Below, piece by piece: positions 60,050 through 64,000 of a stretch of 64,000 nucleotides of DNA (the first letter of the stretch is position 1; each line of letters opens with the position of its first letter). Under the pieces are notes generated by a model, which was not told the DNA's origin, did no database searches, and saw only the letters and a list, made by a program, of their open reading frames with translations. A program made the translations under genes and the position numbers. The stretch lies in assembly GCA_951406725.2 (NCBI GenBank), contig OX597820.1, positions 76,384,001-76,448,000 on the forward strand, written 5' to 3'. The stretch comes from Octopus vulgaris (taxonomy: Eukaryota).

Positions 60050-60255
60050 TGGTTTCAAATTTTGGCACAAGGCCAGCAAATCTGGGTGAGATTGTGGTCG
60101 ATTGCATCATTTCCCAGTGTTCAACTCGTGTTTATTTCATCGACCTGAAACGAAAAGCCGACCTCCCCGGAATTTGAAATCAGAACGTAAAGACAGACGA
60201 TATGCCACTAGGCGTTTCTCCTATCGTATTAATGATTCTGCCAGTTCGCCATCTT
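60050..60255 (-). mobile_element. SINE family B
   Basis: CAAATTTTGGCACAAGGCCAGCAA..GGAATTTGAA.TCAGAACGTAAAGAC. Confidence 0.7.
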
Positions 60256-60857
60256 AATAAAAATAATTATTAAAGGGTTATTTTAAAAGCAATAAAAGAA
60301 TTGATATGTACTTTTTTTAGTCACTTTCTTCTTTTGATTCGATTAAATCAAGTTTTATTCTATTTGTCTCGGCAATAAAAAATTATTTATTTCATGAATT
60401 TTATTCTAAAACAGAGAGAGAGATAGAGAGTTTTATACCTAAAAATATAGATCGCTCAAGATCAAGAGTTCACTTAGACAACGAGCCTGTGATACAGTTT
60501 CGATTGCAATGCAACGATCTTATAGGGAAGACATTAAATTAAATATTAAAAAAAAACAATGACATAAAAGTCACAAAAAATAATTTGTTTTTCTTTAAAA
60601 ATATTATAAAAATATATCTGAGTGGAATTTACGGCAAATATTTTCAAAACAGAAAGATAATAGATATTATAAAAATCGAATTAATAGAGAAAAGAGAAAC
60701 TAAAGACATTATAAACATAGATTTGAGACCCAGTTTCAGGTTCATCGTGTCTAACATCATTTATATATATATATATATTGTTGTACATTGAGATGATCAT
60801 TTTATTTATTTTATTTTGTCAAATAAAATCACGCACTATATATTTTTTAATGTATGC

Positions 60858-60917
<60 letters not shown>

Positions 60918-61019
60918 GTATGCATGCATGTATGTATGTATGTATGTATGTATGTATGTATGTATGTATGTATGTATGTATGTATGTATGTATGTATAAA
61001 TTCATGTATCTGTACATAC

Positions 61020-61858
61020 ATAGAAAGTGCGGTGAATAAATTGTAGTCTAAATTACACAAAAATGAAAATAATGCTGACATCTCATTTTAATAGATATAT
61101 TTACCAAAATTTCATAAAAAAATATTTTTTTAATTCTAAAGAGCAAGTTTATTCAATAAAATTGCCATTAGCTTCAACCACCGCCTCCATACGACTACGG
61201 AATCTTCTGCATCTCTTCTACATGTTGGTGAATGTTGCCATAATCCTTGCCTTCAGTTCATCTTTGGTGTTACAAGTTTTTATTGGCCTCTCGCTCAACT
61301 GCGCTCCATTAATAATAATCAAGGGGGTTGCAGTTTGAAAAGTTATGTGGCCAGATGTTAGGGGTGACGTGGTCGCAGAAATTGTCTGACAGCCATGACT
61401 GGGTTCTCCTGCTTGTGTGGCATGGTGTAGAGTCCTGTTGCCAGATATAGGATCTTGCAGCAGCCACCTTCTTGAACCAGGGTAACACTATCATCTCCAA
61501 ACATTTGGAGTGTGAGGTCGTGTGAGAAGATGAATGGAGGCATAACATCACCATCACTAGTGATCACTCCAAACACCATGATGTTGACTGAATGTTTGAT
61601 TTTTATCACACCCGGTAGATGTTTAAGGGACACAGCAGACACTCAGATTGGCACCCAAACACTCTGAAATGTTCGTATTGGAGCTTCTGGCGCGAATACC
61701 AAGCAGTAAGGCATGTCGTTTCCAAATTTCTGGCAGAGTGAATTGCGTCATAGTGCTGTTTTTCTCACACATGGTGCCCAACTGACCCTACTATACTGTT
61801 CAGTCGACAAAATCATATATCAGCAATATGGCGACATTTTACCCATCGCACCCTTCAC
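61020..61858 (-). mobile_element. maT (DD37D) Tc1/mariner element, internally deleted and decayed
   Basis: IMVFGVITSDG..WQQDSTPCH...NCNPLDYY with 37 residues between the two Asp. Degenerate TIRs GTGCGGTGAATAAATTGT and ACATTTTACCCATCGCAC. Confidence 0.85.
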
Positions 61859-62376
61859 ATGATGTTATATACATTCTAATACATTCACTGTGTGCGTCCT
61901 TTTGACTTCTGTTGTTTTTGCTTAACTTCTGCTTTTATATATGGTTTTAATCATTTTTGCCAGACTGGAGCAGCGTAAAATAAAGCGTCTTGCTCAAGGA
62001 CCCAACGCGCCGCCGGGAATCCATCAACCGACCTCACGACCGTGTGCCTAATGCACCTTCACATATGCTATTCATTACTGGAAGGATTGAAATTAGGAAT
62101 TTGAATGGAAGTCCAAGTATTTAAAGTTACAAACAACATATTTAGAAACTATGTTGCCTACGTACACAAGTATATTGATGATGATTATGATGAGGAGGAG
62201 GACGACGACGGCGGCGGCGGCGGTGGTGGTGGTGGTAATGGTGGTGGTGGTGATGATGGTCATGATGATAATGGTGATGACGACGACGTTGCTCGATTTG
62301 AGCGTTAATAAAAATAATTTCTTGCGAATGGGATCTATAGTCAATCGATTCAACAATATTATTACGTGCCTAGTTG

Positions 62377-62444
<68 letters not shown>

Positions 62445-62448
<4 letters not shown>

Positions 62449-62816
62449 CGCCAAGGAAGGAGGTTATGTTTTCATCGGCATTGGCTTGACCGTCTGTGTG
62501 TAAAACAACTCAAAAAGTTGTGAACAGTATTTGATGAAACTTGCAAGAAAAGTTGGTAATAATGCAAGGAACTGATGATGAAATGTTGGTAGTGATCCAG
62601 GAATTTTTATGGATTCTTGCAGGATTTTCATTTGTTATATTTTCTTTAGATGAAGTATTAATGTTATGTTCTTTGATAATCTCCCTTGAAAACACGTTCA
62701 TCGTTTCTATGTAACTTATGGTGGCGTTGCCGTTTCCAAAGTTTATTTTCGTTTTTCTATTAGTAATTTTATTCACGTATCGATCTTAAAATGAGCTGGT
62801 TGGCGGAGGTCTGCGG
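62445..62816 (+). mobile_element. Non-autonomous DNA element (Crypton-like, tentative)
   Basis: Ends TCCGCCAAGG..AGGTTATGTTTTC and TTGGCGGAGGTCTGCG form a short inverted repeat. Confidence 0.45.
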
Positions 62817-63300
62817 AGGATAACATGACAAGCCTTGACTAGTAGGATCGACTCAAAAAGCTCAGGCTTTGCTCCGTCCACCGCCGCTGTGAGCTCTATA
62901 TCATCTGTATGATGTGGAAAATATTCCATCAACATTGCCCATCTTTAAAATTCGACCGAAGCTTGATTCCCGTGCCATCCGTCCAGTACAGAAATATTCG
63001 TGTCATATCACAACACTATTACAGAACTATTTCACCTCAATTGGCCCTGGTTTTTTCAGCATCGTGTCAGATACACATAAAGGAGGAAAGTGACTTCACG
63101 GCATTCAAACTATCTGTAGATGATTACCCACATCAAATGCCAGATTAACCACCCACACCCAGATATGTCTCTGAAAACAATAACCCTCTGCTTGAATGGG
63201 CTACGGTTCATCAGAGCTGGCTGTGTATCTCTTCCAGGTGGTGCTATTAAATTATACATGGCCTGAGTCAACTTCGGCCGAAACTTATCTAAGGAATCTA
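62817..63300 (+). pseudogene. CR1-like LINE 3' fragment
   Basis: SLD**DRLKKLRLCSVHRRCELYIICMMWKI..FKLSVDDYPHQMPD*PPTPRYVSENNNPLLEW plus the 3' tail. Confidence 0.75.
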
Positions 63301-63761
63301 ATCTATGCTGTAACTTTTTAATCAAAGCATGACAATGCAGAGCTGATATCTTAAGATTTCTGATGGTCTTAAGCATTAAAAAACATTTTTTAAAGATTTA
63401 TATAGAACTACATTCATAGTATGACTATTAGCTATTCTGTTTAGACCTGGTTTTAATAAAGCAATCCGAAATTAGAAAAATCAAAAATCTGCAACAATTT
63501 CGGTCCCATGGGTGTCGGATAATGGATTATCAACTGCGTAAAGAAACTGATTGCGGTGATCGTAGTTTTGACGGTGATTGTGGTGAAAGCAGAGACAGTG
63601 TTGATGATGACGATGGTCGAAATAATATGGGAGGAGGATAAAAAGTATGTCTTATGTTTTTGCCGGCGTTGGTTTGGGAAATTGGGCCATTTTCAGCATA
63701 CTTGTATATAAGTGGAATTGAGCTGCTTGACGGATGTCAGCGGTCTCCGAGTGCTTTTCTA

Positions 63762-63836
<75 letters not shown>

Positions 63837-63854
63837 TTATTATTATTATTTTAT

Positions 63855-64000
63855 CATACCGGGCGAAATGCTTGTATATTCTGAGTTCAAATTCCGCCGA
63901 GGTCGAGTTTGCCTTTCATCCTTTCGGGGTCGATATATTAAGTACAAGTTGCCCACTTGGGTCGATGTAATCAACTGCGCCCACTTCGCCAAATTTCAGG
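63855..64000 (+). mobile_element. SINE family B, runs off the window
   Basis: GAGTTCAAATTCCGCCGAGGTCGAGTTTGCCTTTCATCCTTTCGGGGTCGATA. Confidence 0.85.

Overview
AT-rich eukaryotic DNA saturated with microsatellites and transposons. The SINE families and repeat landscape suggest an octopus (coleoid cephalopod) genome; this is an inference. No host protein-coding gene is recognisable, and almost all entries in the ORF track are translations of simple repeats. The one substantial coding unit is a 5'-truncated, lightly frameshifted Penelope-like retroelement (RT + GIY-YIG, Neptune-like) at ~5775-9320 (-). The window also holds decayed CR1, RTE, R4/Dong and gag-like ORF1 LINE pieces, mariner DD34D and maT DD37D remnants, Helitron-type and MITE-type non-autonomous elements, a foldback DNA transposon relic and many tRNA-derived SINEs. 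The most striking signal is non-coding: about a dozen minimal type-I hammerhead ribozyme (HHR) cores, from intact to decayed and of several families. Many sit inside short non-coding elements built as inverted repeats, some flanked by 12-14 bp target-site duplications and many inserted at microsatellites. These look like a population of non-autonomous, Penelope-mobilised, ribozyme-bearing fold-back retroelements. Most boundaries were read by eye and are approximate.
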